From Acidimicrobiaceae bacterium (GTDB taxonomy: Bacteria > Actinomycetota > Acidimicrobiia > Acidimicrobiales > Aldehydirespiratoraceae), in the NCBI GenBank assembly GCA_009837445.1, contig VXTM01000047.1, positions 72,437-136,436 of the forward strand: 64,000 nt of DNA, given 5' to 3'. The position numbers and the translations under genes were made by a program. Under the pieces are notes generated by a model. It had not been told where the DNA came from. It did no database searches and was given only the letters and a program-made list of their open reading frames with translations. Below are positions 1 through 9,657 of the stretch, piece by piece (within the stretch, counting starts at the first letter, position 1; each line of letters opens with the position of its first letter).

Positions 1-35
1 GAGCGGCCCGTGAGCGCAGCGAACAAGAGCGGGAA
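1..35 (+). repeat. 35-nt exact dispersed repeat, copy 1 (may continue left of the window)
   Basis: GAGCGGCCCGTGAGCGCAGCGAACAAGAGCGGGAA at 1..35 is identical to 43157..43191, in the same orientation. It lies 11 nt beyond the TAG (47..49, minus strand) of the helicase gene. Confidence 0.9.
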
Positions 36-46
36 ACGGCGCTGAG

Positions 47-2149
47 CTAGACGGCTCGCAGCCTCTCCCATTCGTCGAGCAGGCTGGAGTCCACCTCCCG
101 CACCAGCGCGCCCAGCCACTCGATCACCTCGGCCAGGCGGTCGTTGACGGCCGCGGCCGGCACGGTCTGGGCCAGCGCCTTGTAGCAGTCGGTCAGGTAG
201 CGCAGCACCAGGCCCTCGGAGCGTTTGAGCCCGTAGCGGCTCACGTACTGGTTGAAGGTGTCGGCATGCTCGACCATGTCGCGCACCACCGACTTGGGGC
301 TGGGACGCAGATGCCCGACCCACGGGTGATGGCGGGCGAACACCTCGAATGCCGGCTCGATGAACTCGGCCTCCGGCTTGGGCCACGTCACCTCGGCCAG
401 CCGGGCAATTCGCTCCTCGTACTCGACGCCCTCGTCCTTCATCCTGGTCATGAGCTCGTCGCGGGCTTGGTCCCGCTGGGCCAGCAGCACCGCCATCGGA
501 TCCTCCAGCACCGACTCGGCGACGCTTAGGGCCTGCAGGTGGTAGTCGGCCGCGGTCGGGTCGAGGACCGAGACGGCCTCCACCGCGAACAGCCCGAGCG
601 GCTGGTTCAACCGGAACTCGTCCTGCAGGTCGAGGTTCACCCGCACCGGGCGGCCCCGGTCGTCGGGCTCGTCGAGCACCTCCACGATCTCCGCGTCGAT
701 CAGGGACCGGAACACACCGACCGCTTTGCGGATGTGGCGGCGCTGGCGGGGGCGGGGCTCGTGGTTGTCGACCAGCAGGCGCTTCATGGCCGTGCAGCCG
801 TCGCCGGGCCGGTCCAGGACGTTGAGAATCATGGCGTGGGTCACGTCGAAGCTCGACTCGAGCGTCTCGGGGGTGCCCTCCCAGAGCCGGGCGAGGGTCT
901 TGTCGTCGTAGTGGGCGTAGCCCCGTTCCGGAGGCTTCTTCTTCACCAGCTTGCGCAGCTTCTTCGGGTCGCCCGCGGCTCGCATCTCGGCCCGCTTGTT
1001 CTCCACCGCGTGCTCGGGGGCCTGGACCCACACGCTGCCGACGGTGTCGAATCCCCGCCGCCCGGCCCGGCCCGCGATCTGCTGGAAGTCCCGCACCGAC
1101 AGCACCCGGGTGCGCCGGCCGTCGTACTTGTAGAGCTGGGTGAACAGCACCGTGCGTATGGGAACGTTGACGCCCACGCCGAGGGTGTCGGTGCCGCAGA
1201 TCAGCTTGAGATGACCCTGCTGGGCCAGCTTCTCCACCAGCAGCCGGTACTTGGGCAGCATCCCGGCGTGATGCACCCCGATGCCGGCCAGCACGAAGCG
1301 GCGCAGGTCCTTGCCGATCGGGGTGTCGAACCGGAAACCGCCCACGGCCTCCTTCACCGCCTCCTTCTCGGCGGGTCCGAGAACCTTGAGGCTGGTGAGG
1401 CTCTGGGCCCGGGCGGTGGCCTCGCGCTGGGTGAAGTGAACGATGTAGACGGGGGCGCGGCCGGCTTCCAGCAGCTGCTCGATGGACACGTGCAGCGGGG
1501 TCTCCCGGTACTCGACATCGAGCGGGACCGGACGCTCGGCCGACGCGACCAGGGCTGTGTCGCGCCCGGTGCGGGCGGTCAGGTCGCGGCGCAGGGCGCT
1601 GGTGTCGCCGAGGGTGGCCGACATCAGCAGGAACCGGGGCCTGGGAAGCTGGAGCAGCGGCACCTGCCAGGCCCAGCCGCGGTCGCGGTCGCCGTAGTAG
1701 TGGAACTCGTCCATCACCACCAGGTCCGCGGGCACCTCCGCGCCGGATCGCAGGGCTCGCTGGGCCAGGATCTCGGCCGTGCAGGCGATGACGGGGGCGT
1801 CGCCGTTGACCGACGCGTCGCCGGTGACCATGCCCACCTCGGAAGGACCGAACGCCGCGGTCAGCTCGAAGAACTTCTCACTCACCAGCGCCTTGATCGG
1901 GGCGGTGTAGACGGCCCGACGGCCCTGCGCGAGCATGGCGAAGGCACCGGCCAGGGCCACCAGCGACTTGCCCGAGCCGGTGGGCGTGGACAGCACCACG
2001 TTCTCTCCGGCCAGCAGGCGCAGCACCGCCTCCTCCTGGTGCGGGTAGAGCTCGAGGTCGGCCGCGGCCGACCACTCGATGAAGGCGTCCAGCAACTCGT
2101 CGGCGCCACCGGTGTCGGGCAGGAAGTTGCCTAGAGGGGGCAGAGACAT
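47..2149 (-). CDS. Superfamily-2 DEAD/DEAH-box (Ski2-like) helicase
   Basis: 700-aa ORF with ATG start. Helicase motifs: TPTGSGKS (Walker A), VVMDEFHYYGD (DEFH box), MSATLG, QIAGRAGRRG (motif VI). The long helical C-terminal half resembles the DUF3516-type extension of actinobacterial helicases (from memory, unsearched). Confidence 0.85.
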   Translation of the reverse strand: MSLPPLGNFLPDTGGADELLDAFIEWSAAADLELYPHQEEAVLRLLAGENVVLSTPTGSGKSLVALAGAFAMLAQGRRAVYTAPIKALVSEKFFELTAAFGPSEVGMVTGDASVNGDAPVIACTAEILAQRALRSGAEVPADLVVMDEFHYYGDRDRGWAWQVPLLQLPRPRFLLMSATLGDTSALRRDLTARTGRDTALVASAERPVPLDVEYRETPLHVSIEQLLEAGRAPVYIVHFTQREATARAQSLTSLKVLGPAEKEAVKEAVGGFRFDTPIGKDLRRFVLAGIGVHHAGMLPKYRLLVEKLAQQGHLKLICGTDTLGVGVNVPIRTVLFTQLYKYDGRRTRVLSVRDFQQIAGRAGRRGFDTVGSVWVQAPEHAVENKRAEMRAAGDPKKLRKLVKKKPPERGYAHYDDKTLARLWEGTPETLESSFDVTHAMILNVLDRPGDGCTAMKRLLVDNHEPRPRQRRHIRKAVGVFRSLIDAEIVEVLDEPDDRGRPVRVNLDLQDEFRLNQPLGLFAVEAVSVLDPTAADYHLQALSVAESVLEDPMAVLLAQRDQARDELMTRMKDEGVEYEERIARLAEVTWPKPEAEFIEPAFEVFARHHPWVGHLRPSPKSVVRDMVEHADTFNQYVSRYGLKRSEGLVLRYLTDCYKALAQTVPAAAVNDRLAEVIEWLGALVREVDSSLLDEWERLRAV

Positions 2150-2200
2150 GGGATTCGCAGGCTAGGGCTCGGCCTCCGGGGGCGCATTAGCGTTGGGTGG

Positions 2201-3487
2201 ATGCCGAACGGCGATTCACCGGCGGCGGGCGCCGGGTCGTCGGCGGTGGAGGCGGCCCGGATCGGCCCGAGGCTCTGGGCCCTGTTCGGGGTGACCTTCT
2301 TCTCGATGGCTATGACCATGGGGCAGCTCACGATCCTGGGCAAGCAGGTGTTCGACATGACCGGCCAGCCGCTGTACCTGGGGCTGCTGGGATTGGCGGA
2401 GTTCGTGCCCGCCTTCCTGCTCGCACCGATAACCGGCATGGTCGCGGACCGTTTCGAGCGTCGTTTCGTGTACGCGTGGGGTCTCGGAGGGGAGGCCCTC
2501 GCCTCGGTCGGCCTGTTCTTCTACGTGGCCACCGATCCCACGTCGGTGCTTCCGATATACGGCCTGGTCGTGGTGTTCGGCACCGCTCGGGCCTTCCTCA
2601 TGGCGGTGAGCCGGGCCCTGCCGGTGGATCTGGCGCCGGCGACGGCCCGGGAGCGGACGGTGGCGCTGAACGTCGCCGCCTGGCAGGCGGGCTTCATCGT
2701 CGGCCCCGCCTCGTTCGGGTTCGCCTTCGAGGTCGATCCGGCCTTTCCGTACCTCCTGGCCGCCTGGGCCTCGGGAGCCGCGATCGGCCTGCTCATGCTC
2801 CTGCCTACTAGCGAAGTGCAGAAGGCCGCGTCGGCGGCCGGGGCCGGGGTGCGGGCTGCGCTCGCACACGCCCTCGAGGGCCTGCGCTACGTCCGCCGCA
2901 ACCGGGTGGTGCTCGGAGCGATCTCCCTCGACCTGTTCGCCGTCTTCATGGGCGGGGCCCATGCGCTGCTGCCGGCTGTCGCCGAAGAGCGCCTCGGGGT
3001 GGGGGCGGTGGGCCTCGGCTGGCTGGCGGCTGCGTTCGGCATCGGGGCCTCAGTGGTGATGATCGCCCTGTCGGTGCGGCCGCTCCGGCGGCGGGTGGGT
3101 CCGTCGCTGATGGTGGTGGTGGCTGCCTTCGGCCTGGGCGCGGTCGTGCTCGGACTGACCCGTGCCTACGCCGTCGCCTTCGCGGCCCTGCTGGTGATGG
3201 GAGCGGCCGACGCCGTCAGCGTCTTCATCCGCAGCGCTCTTGTCCCGCTGGCCACTCCCGAGGAGATGAGGGGACGGGTCATGGCGGTCGAGTACGTGTT
3301 CATCGGCGGTTCGAGCGAGTTGGGTGCGTTCAAGTCGGGCGTGGCCGGAGCCGTTCTTGGCGTGGCTGGCGCGGTGGTGTTCGGCGGCGTGGGCGCCCTG
3401 GCGGTAGTGGCGATCTGGTGGTTCGCCTTCGGCGAGTTGCGCAGCATCGACCGCTTCGACGAAGCCGCCCCGACGCCTAGCCAGTAG
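2201..3487 (+). CDS. MFS transporter (EntS/MFS_3-like putative exporter), paralog 1
   Basis: 428-aa ORF, ATG at 2201. Hydrophobic throughout, with about 12 predicted segments. MFS loop 2-3 motif GMVADRFERR. Confidence 0.8.
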   Translation: MPNGDSPAAGAGSSAVEAARIGPRLWALFGVTFFSMAMTMGQLTILGKQVFDMTGQPLYLGLLGLAEFVPAFLLAPITGMVADRFERRFVYAWGLGGEALASVGLFFYVATDPTSVLPIYGLVVVFGTARAFLMAVSRALPVDLAPATARERTVALNVAAWQAGFIVGPASFGFAFEVDPAFPYLLAAWASGAAIGLLMLLPTSEVQKAASAAGAGVRAALAHALEGLRYVRRNRVVLGAISLDLFAVFMGGAHALLPAVAEERLGVGAVGLGWLAAAFGIGASVVMIALSVRPLRRRVGPSLMVVVAAFGLGAVVLGLTRAYAVAFAALLVMGAADAVSVFIRSALVPLATPEEMRGRVMAVEYVFIGGSSELGAFKSGVAGAVLGVAGAVVFGGVGALAVVAIWWFAFGELRSIDRFDEAAPTPSQ

Positions 3488-3512
3488 ACGCTCGGCCTTC
3501 TAGCGTTGGTCG

Positions 3513-4793
3513 ATGCCGAACGACGATTCGACGGAGCCAAGCTCCGGGGCGTCGGCAGCGGAGTCCACCCGGATCGGCCCGCGGCTCTGGGCCCTGCCGG
3601 TCATCATCTTCCTGACTGCGGCCATGACGGTGGGCCAGATCACCATCCTGGGCAAGCAGGTCTTCGACATGACCGGCAAGCCGCTCGATCTCGGCTGGCT
3701 CGGTCTGGCCGAGTTCGTCCCCACCCTGCTTCTCGCGCCGCTCAGCGGCGTGCTGTCGGACCGGTTCGACCGGCGCCTGATGTACGCCGTCGGACTCGTT
3801 GGCGAGGGGGCCGCATCTGCGGGGCTGTACTTCTACGTCGCGTCGGACCCGACATCGGTCATGCCGATCTTCGCCCTCGTGTTCGCCTTCGGATGCGCCC
3901 GGTCGGTGCTGAGCGCGGCCAGCCGGGTCATGCCGGTCGACATGGCGCCTCCGGGAGCAGTCGAGCGGATGGTGGCCGTATGCATGTCCGGCTGGCAGGC
4001 CGGCTTCGTCGTCGGGCCGGTCGTGTTCAGCTTCGTCTTCGTGGTCGACATCGCGGCGCCCTACCTGCTGGCCACGGTTGTGTCGCTGGGGGCGGCGGCC
4101 CTCCTCGCGGTCGTGCCCGCCAGTGGGGTGGCCCGCTCCACCTCCGTCGTCGGATCCGGAGTGCGGGCGGTGCTCGTACACGCTCTGCAGGGACTCCGGT
4201 TCATCCGGAGGAACCGGGTGGTGCTGAGCATCATCTCCCTCGACCTGTTCGCGGTCCTGTTCGGTGGGGCGGTGGCGCTCCTTCCTGCCATCGCCGAGGA
4301 ACGGCTCGGAGTCGGTGCGGTCGGCCTCGGATGGTTGCGAGCCGCGGTGGGGATCGGAGCCTTGGTGACGATGGCCGTGCTGGCCGTGCGGCCGTTGAAG
4401 CGCCGGGTCGGTGTGATCCTCATGGTTGCTGTCGGCGCATTCGGCCTGGGCACGATCGTGCTCGGCCTCACCCGCTCATACGCGGTGGCGTTCATCGCAC
4501 TGCTGGCGTTGAGCGGGGCCGACTCGGTGAGCGTCTTCGTGCGCAGCACGCTCGTACCGCTGGCCACCCCCGAGGACATGCGGGGCCGGGTGATGGCCGT
4601 CGAGTACACCTTCGTCGGAGCCTCCAACGAACTCGGCGCGTTCGAGTCCGGCATCGCGGGCGCGCTGCTCGGCGTGGCCGGCGCAGTCGTGTTCGGCGGG
4701 GTCGGCACGCTGGCGGTGGTCGCGGCGTGGTGGATACTGTTCCCGGAGTTGCGTCGCATCGACCGCTTCGCCGAAGTACGCCCCGACACCTGA
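3513..4793 (+). CDS. MFS transporter (EntS/MFS_3-like putative exporter), paralog 2
   Basis: 426-aa ORF starting 25 nt after paralog 1. Alignable end to end with it (ILGKQVFDMTG, LGLAEFVP, PEDMRGRVMAVEY versus PEEMRGRVMAVEY). Loop motif GVLSDRFDRR. Confidence 0.8.
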   Translation: MPNDDSTEPSSGASAAESTRIGPRLWALPVIIFLTAAMTVGQITILGKQVFDMTGKPLDLGWLGLAEFVPTLLLAPLSGVLSDRFDRRLMYAVGLVGEGAASAGLYFYVASDPTSVMPIFALVFAFGCARSVLSAASRVMPVDMAPPGAVERMVAVCMSGWQAGFVVGPVVFSFVFVVDIAAPYLLATVVSLGAAALLAVVPASGVARSTSVVGSGVRAVLVHALQGLRFIRRNRVVLSIISLDLFAVLFGGAVALLPAIAEERLGVGAVGLGWLRAAVGIGALVTMAVLAVRPLKRRVGVILMVAVGAFGLGTIVLGLTRSYAVAFIALLALSGADSVSVFVRSTLVPLATPEDMRGRVMAVEYTFVGASNELGAFESGIAGALLGVAGAVVFGGVGTLAVVAAWWILFPELRRIDRFAEVRPDT

Positions 4794-4871
4794 CGGACTC
4801 GCTGCTTGCCGCGGCACGTGGGCTAGCTATCGTCGGGCTGAGGCGGATACCGATTGCGGAGGAAGTAACAG

Positions 4872-5060
4872 ATGCGGGTCGTGCTCGAGGTGGACAAGTG
4901 CATCGGCAGCGCGAACTGCGAGATGATCGCCCCGGACGTCTTCGAGGTGCGGGACGACATGGTGTGCCACATCCTCGTCGAGGAGCCCGGCCCGGACCTC
5001 GAAGAGGACGCCGAGCTGGCAGTGGAGGCCTGCCCGACCCGGGCTCTAAGGATCGAGTAG
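4872..5060 (+). CDS. Small single-cluster ferredoxin (3Fe-4S type)
   Basis: 62 aa. Pattern CIGSANC ... CP (CxxSxxC...CP) is typical of the small ferredoxins that partner actinobacterial P450s. GGAGGA lies 8 nt upstream of the ATG. Confidence 0.75.
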   Translation: MRVVLEVDKCIGSANCEMIAPDVFEVRDDMVCHILVEEPGPDLEEDAELAVEACPTRALRIE

Positions 5061-5069
5061 CTGGACACT

Positions 5070-5456
5070 ATGGTGCGGGCCGTGGATGTCGTAAGAGTTC
5101 TGGACAGCGGTGAGGCCTGTCCCGAGTTGCCCATCGTCGAGAACGGGGGACGCGCCCTCGCGGTCGTCTGGCCGGGGGTCGGAGCCCTGCACCGGTCGAT
5201 GCACCTGGTCAGGCTGGACGGCGACGGAAGGACCAAGCCCCTCAGCCACCCGTCGGACGCCGTCTACCACCTGTGCGAGGGATCGGCGACCGCCGTCGAC
5301 CCCGGCAGCGGCGAGAGCTTCGAGATTGGCGTGGGCGCCATGCTCCACATCGACGCGGGAACGACATACCGCATCGAGGCCGGCCCGGCCGGTGCCCTGC
5401 TGATCGGCGGGCCCTGCCCTCCCGACCCAGCCCTGTACGACCATCTGGAGAACTGA
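5070..5456 (+). CDS. Cupin-like protein with degenerate metal motif
   Basis: 128 aa, beta-rich. Shares the C-terminal GGPCPPD motif with the next gene. Has SHPSD where the neighbour has HTHDE. Confidence 0.5.
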   Translation: MVRAVDVVRVLDSGEACPELPIVENGGRALAVVWPGVGALHRSMHLVRLDGDGRTKPLSHPSDAVYHLCEGSATAVDPGSGESFEIGVGAMLHIDAGTTYRIEAGPAGALLIGGPCPPDPALYDHLEN

Positions 5457-5458
5457 CC

Positions 5459-5833
5459 ATGGCCATCCGAGTGTTTCACCGGGACACGCCCTCCCTGTTG
5501 GCGCCCATGATCTCCAGCGACGCCCGGTTCGTGGTCTGGCCCGGCGTCGGCGCCGAGGTGGCCAACATGAACTACGTCGTGCTCGAACCGGGAGAGGAGA
5601 ACATCCCCCACACCCACGACGAATCCGAGGACACCATCTTCTGTCTCGAGGGCCGGGGCACGGTCAGCGACCTCACCAACGACGCCCGGCTCGAGTTCGA
5701 GGCCGGCCAGGTCATACATGTGCCCGCGGGGGTGGAGCACGCGGTCATGGCCGACCGGGGCGAGCGGATCGTGAGCATCGGCGGGCCCTGCCCGCCCGAC
5801 CGGAACCTGCTGCGCCTGCTCGGATTCGACTGA
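5459..5833 (+). CDS. Cupin domain protein
   Basis: Internal ATG at 5459 (2 nt after the previous stop) preferred over the 186-aa ORF start at 5273, which overlaps the previous gene. Cupin motifs PHTHDESEDTIFCLEGRG and HVPAGVEHAV. Confidence 0.65.
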   Translation: MAIRVFHRDTPSLLAPMISSDARFVVWPGVGAEVANMNYVVLEPGEENIPHTHDESEDTIFCLEGRGTVSDLTNDARLEFEAGQVIHVPAGVEHAVMADRGERIVSIGGPCPPDRNLLRLLGFD

Positions 5834-5867
5834 GAGTGAGACCGGCCCCGCCGATAACGCTCCGGCC

Positions 5868-6260
5868 TTAGCTCGGGATGCCGGCTATGGCTTCGATCTC
5901 GACCTTCATCCCGGGAACAACCAGCTCGTTGATGCCGATCAGGGTGCTGCACGGCCGCTCGTCGCCGAAGAACTCCTGGCGCACCGGGTTGATGGCGGCC
6001 CGGTCTCCGATGTCGGTGAGGTAGACGATGACCTTGAGCACGTCGGCGAAGGTGGCGCCGGCCGCGTCGAGGATCGCCCCGATGTTCTCCAGCGTGGCCC
6101 GGGCCTGGGCCGCCACGTCGTCGCCGCCGACGAGCTTCCCTTCGGAGTCGAGCGGTCCGCACCCCGAGATGAAGAGCAGGTCGCCGAACCGGGTCGCGTC
6201 GGTGTAGTGGCTGATGGGCGGGTTGAGGTGGTCGACTCGGATCTCCTCTTTGCGGGGCAC
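5868..6260 (-). CDS. RidA/YjgF/UK114-family enamine/imine deaminase-like protein
   Basis: 130 aa. Family-typical blocks: HYTDATRFGDLLFISG, ATLENIGAILDAAG, VKVIVYLTD, PCSTLIG. Confidence 0.85.
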   Translation of the reverse strand: MPRKEEIRVDHLNPPISHYTDATRFGDLLFISGCGPLDSEGKLVGGDDVAAQARATLENIGAILDAAGATFADVLKVIVYLTDIGDRAAINPVRQEFFGDERPCSTLIGINELVVPGMKVEIEAIAGIPS

Positions 6261-6422
6261 GGCGCCTCCTGTCTGGGATCTGTTTCGGTTTGCGGCCTCG
6301 CCCCGGCCCGAGCCGATCTGCGATCACGCTCGATGCGCCCGCGAAGCCGGAGCGAGCATAGGGTTGTCGATCCGTGAGCACCGCATCCTCCTCTCAGATT
6401 CCGGTGCGGGTCCCGTGACGCC

Positions 6423-7283
6423 GTGAAGCCCGCCGCCTTCGAGTACCACGCGCCCCGGACGGTGGAGGAGGCCCTGAGCCTGCTGCACGAGCACCAGGAC
6501 GAGGCCAAGGTCCTCGCCGGCGGTCAGAGCCTCGTGCCCGCCATGAACTTCCGGCTGGCCCGGCCCGCGGTGCTGGTCGACATCGCCCATGTTCCCGATC
6601 TCGACCGCATCGAGGCGACCGACCCCGGCGGCGTCACCATCGGCGCCCGGGTGCGCCACCTGGACCTGGAGCACAACACGATCGCAGGGCCTCTCGGCTC
6701 GCTGATCGCCTCGACGGGACGGTGGGTGGGCCACTACCCGATACGGGTCCGCGGCACCTTCGGCGGGAGCCTGGCCCACGCCGACCCCGCGGCCGAGTGG
6801 TGCGCGCTGGCCTGCGCCCTCGACGCCGAGGTCCACTGCCGCAGCGCGAGCAGTGAACGCACCGTGGGCGCCGGCGACTTCTTCGAGCAGATGGCCTTCA
6901 CAACCTGCCTGGAGCCCGACGAGCTGCTGGTCGGCGTGCGCCTTCCCAGGCTGAGCGATTCCTGCGGCGTCGGCATGGCCGAGTTCGCCCGCCGCTGGGG
7001 CGACTTCGCCATCGTGCTGGCGGTCACGGCCGTGGAGCGCGACGGCGACTCGATCACCGGTGCCCGCATCGCGCTGGGCGGCGTGGCCGGAGGACCGGTG
7101 CGGGCCCTCAACGCGGAGGCCGTCCTCAACGGCGGCCCCGCGACGGCCGAGACGGTCGCAGCGGCCGCCGCCGCAGCCGCCGACGAGGTCGACCCCACCG
7201 GCGACATCCACGGTTCGGCCGACTACCGCAGAGACCTGGTGCGGACCATGGTCACCCGGGCGTTGGACCAGGCTCTGGCGTGA
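6423..7283 (+). CDS. Mo-hydroxylase FAD-binding medium subunit (CoxM/XdhB-type), set 1
   Basis: 286 aa, GTG start. KPAAFEYHAPRTVEEAL N-terminus and AGGQSLVPAMNFR are the FAD_binding_5-type signature. Confidence 0.85.
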   Translation: MKPAAFEYHAPRTVEEALSLLHEHQDEAKVLAGGQSLVPAMNFRLARPAVLVDIAHVPDLDRIEATDPGGVTIGARVRHLDLEHNTIAGPLGSLIASTGRWVGHYPIRVRGTFGGSLAHADPAAEWCALACALDAEVHCRSASSERTVGAGDFFEQMAFTTCLEPDELLVGVRLPRLSDSCGVGMAEFARRWGDFAIVLAVTAVERDGDSITGARIALGGVAGGPVRALNAEAVLNGGPATAETVAAAAAAAADEVDPTGDIHGSADYRRDLVRTMVTRALDQALA

Positions 7284-7296
7284 GGATCCTGAAGGC

Positions 7297-9657
7297 ATGA
7301 CCACCGGCGTGAGGTGGACCGGCCGGTCGCTGCGCCGCTTCGAGGATCCGGCCCTTGTCCGGGGGCTGGGCCGGTTCGTGGCCGATGTCGCTGACCAGCA
7401 TCGCGGCACGCTGCACGCCGCTTTCGTGCGCAGCCCGGTCCCGGCCGGCGAGATCCGCTCGATCGAGGCGCCTCCGGGCGCGCCGGTGCTCACCGCGGCG
7501 AGCTTCGGAGGCATCCGCACCATGTGCGCCCGGCTCGACCGGCCCGACTTCGTGGCACTGGAGACGCCGGTGCTGGCATCGGACGCCGTGCGCCATCCGG
7601 GCGAGCCGGTGGCTCTGGTCGTGGCCGGCTCGAGGGCCGAGGCCGAGGACCTGGCCGAGCAGGTGGTCGTCGACATCGAGGCCACCCGGCCGGTTCTGGA
7701 CGCGGCCGCGGCCACCGATCCGGCCGCTCCGACGGTCCATGCCGGTCTCGACATGCCGATGGGGAACAACGTGGTGCTCGACGCCCGCTTCGCCACCGAA
7801 GGGCTGGACGCCGCTTTCGAGGAGGCCGATGAGATCGTGGCCCTCGACATCCGGGCCCACCGGCAGAACGCGCTGCCCATCGAGGCCCGCGGGGCGGTGG
7901 CGGCCCACGACCCCGCGACTGGCCGCACCACGCTGACGGCCGCCAATCAGATGCCCCACATGCTGCGCACTGCGCTGGCCGACATCCTGGATATCGGTGA
8001 AGCCGAGCTCCGGGTGGTGACCCCCGAGGTGGGCGGTGCGTTCGGTCAGAAGATGTGCGTGCCCCGCGAGTACGTGGCCCTGGTCGCGGCGGCCCGCCTG
8101 CTTGGGGCGACCATCGCCTGGATCGAGGACCGGTCCGAGAACCTGCTGGCCTCCTGGCACAGCCGCGACCACAGCTACCGGTTGAGGGGAGCCTTCGACC
8201 GGCGCGGCATGCTGCTGGGCCTCGACGCCGACATCGTCTGCAACATCGGGGCCTACAGCAACTATCCGGTCACCTTCGGCGTCGAGCCGCTCATGGCGAT
8301 GGCCGAGCTACCGGGGCCGTACCGGCTGTCGCAGTACCGGGTGCGGTCCCGGGCGGTGACCACCAACATGTGCCCTATCGCGCCCTACCGGGGGGTCTCG
8401 CGTCCGGTGCTGACCCTGGCCATGGAAAGGCTGATGGACACCGCCGCCCGCCGGCTCGACCTCGATCCGGTCGAGATCCGCCGGGCCAACCTGGTGAGGG
8501 AGTTCCCGTACGCGATGCCCACCGGGCTCCCGGTCGATCCGGGCTCCTACGTCGAGACGCTCGACGCGGCGGTCGAGGCGCTGGACCTCGAGGGATTCCG
8601 CCGTCGCCAGCAGCAGGCCGCGGCCGAGGGCCGCTACGTGGGGGTCGGGTTCTCGGTGTTTGGCGAGCGCACCGGCTACGGCACCCCCGCGTTCGCGGCC
8701 CGGGCCATGGAGATCACCCCCGGCTACGAGACCGTGCAACTGGAGATGAACCCGTCCGGCGACGTGACCGCCCGCATCGGCGCGTCTCCCCACGGTCAGG
8801 GGCTGGCCACCGCCCTGTCGCAGCTGCTGGCCGACGAGCTGGGCGTCGAGCCCCGGCATGTGTCGGTGGTCCACGGCGACACCGACACCACCCCCTACGG
8901 CTGGGGCACCTTCGCCAGCCGGTCGATGGTCATCGCCGGCGGGGCCGCCAAGCTGGCGGCGGAGCGTCTCGCAGCCCAGCTCCGAGAGATCGCAGCCCAC
9001 CAACTGGAGGCCAGTCCGGAGGACATCCGGCTGGAGGACGGCTCGGCGGTCGTGGCCGGAACCAGTGTCGGCGTCACCCTGCCGGAGATCGCCCGCATCG
9101 CCCATCACAGCAGCCACCTCCTGCCGGCACCGATGGAGCCCGGGCTGAGCGTGTCAGCCACCTACGACCCGGGCGGTACCTTCTCGAACGCCTGCCACGC
9201 CGCTGTCGTCGAGGTGGACCCCGACACCGGCCATGTCCACCTCGAGCGCTTCGTCGTGATCGCCGACGCCGGCCTGGAGGTCAACCCGATGATCGTCGAG
9301 GGCCAGATCCATGGCGGCGTGACCCAGGGGATCGCCAACGCCCTCTACGAGGAGCTGGTGACCGACGACGACGGCAACCTGTTGACGGCCTCGCTAATGG
9401 ATTTCCTGCCCCCGACGGCCTGCGAGGTCCCCCAGATTGAGGTGACACACCTTCAGACCATCACCGACGCTTCGATCACCGGCGCCAAGGGCGTCGGGGA
9501 GGGCGGAGCCATCGGCGCCCCAGCGGCGGTGCTGAATGCCATTTCGGACGCGCTCTCGCCGCTCGGGATCGAAGTCGACGAGATGCCGGCCACGCCGGCG
9601 CGGGTACGCGAGCTGATCCGCCGGGCGCAGCCCACCACGACAGGAGGCCGAACATGA
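7297..9657 (+). CDS. Xanthine-dehydrogenase-family molybdopterin-binding large subunit, set 1 (L1)
   Basis: ATG at 7297 (13 nt after the upstream stop) preferred over the ORF start at 7060. N-terminus RFEDPALVRGLGRFVAD. About 786 aa. No form-I CODH VAYRCSFR loop (has APYRGVSRP). Confidence 0.85.
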   Translation: MTTGVRWTGRSLRRFEDPALVRGLGRFVADVADQHRGTLHAAFVRSPVPAGEIRSIEAPPGAPVLTAASFGGIRTMCARLDRPDFVALETPVLASDAVRHPGEPVALVVAGSRAEAEDLAEQVVVDIEATRPVLDAAAATDPAAPTVHAGLDMPMGNNVVLDARFATEGLDAAFEEADEIVALDIRAHRQNALPIEARGAVAAHDPATGRTTLTAANQMPHMLRTALADILDIGEAELRVVTPEVGGAFGQKMCVPREYVALVAAARLLGATIAWIEDRSENLLASWHSRDHSYRLRGAFDRRGMLLGLDADIVCNIGAYSNYPVTFGVEPLMAMAELPGPYRLSQYRVRSRAVTTNMCPIAPYRGVSRPVLTLAMERLMDTAARRLDLDPVEIRRANLVREFPYAMPTGLPVDPGSYVETLDAAVEALDLEGFRRRQQQAAAEGRYVGVGFSVFGERTGYGTPAFAARAMEITPGYETVQLEMNPSGDVTARIGASPHGQGLATALSQLLADELGVEPRHVSVVHGDTDTTPYGWGTFASRSMVIAGGAAKLAAERLAAQLREIAAHQLEASPEDIRLEDGSAVVAGTSVGVTLPEIARIAHHSSHLLPAPMEPGLSVSATYDPGGTFSNACHAAVVEVDPDTGHVHLERFVVIADAGLEVNPMIVEGQIHGGVTQGIANALYEELVTDDDGNLLTASLMDFLPPTACEVPQIEVTHLQTITDASITGAKGVGEGGAIGAPAAVLNAISDALSPLGIEVDEMPATPARVRELIRRAQPTTTGGRT

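Noticed and set aside
539-2134. Long ORFs antisense to or out of frame with called genes. Examples: 539..2134 (+), 6324..7946 (-), 10093..11769 (-), 17546..19363 (+), 23060..24634 (+), 35929..37785 (+), 41295..42368 (-), 60570..61814 (-), 63422..63880 (-).
   Set aside because: They are typical high-GC shadow ORFs. Their translations are Arg/Gly/Pro/Ala-rich low-complexity sequences with no motifs. Each lies opposite a gene with clear family signatures.
4807-4816. Perfect 10-nt palindrome TGCCGCGGCA after the second MFS gene, considered as a terminator or operator.
   Set aside because: It has no loop and no T-tract. Such short GC palindromes are expected by chance at this base composition.
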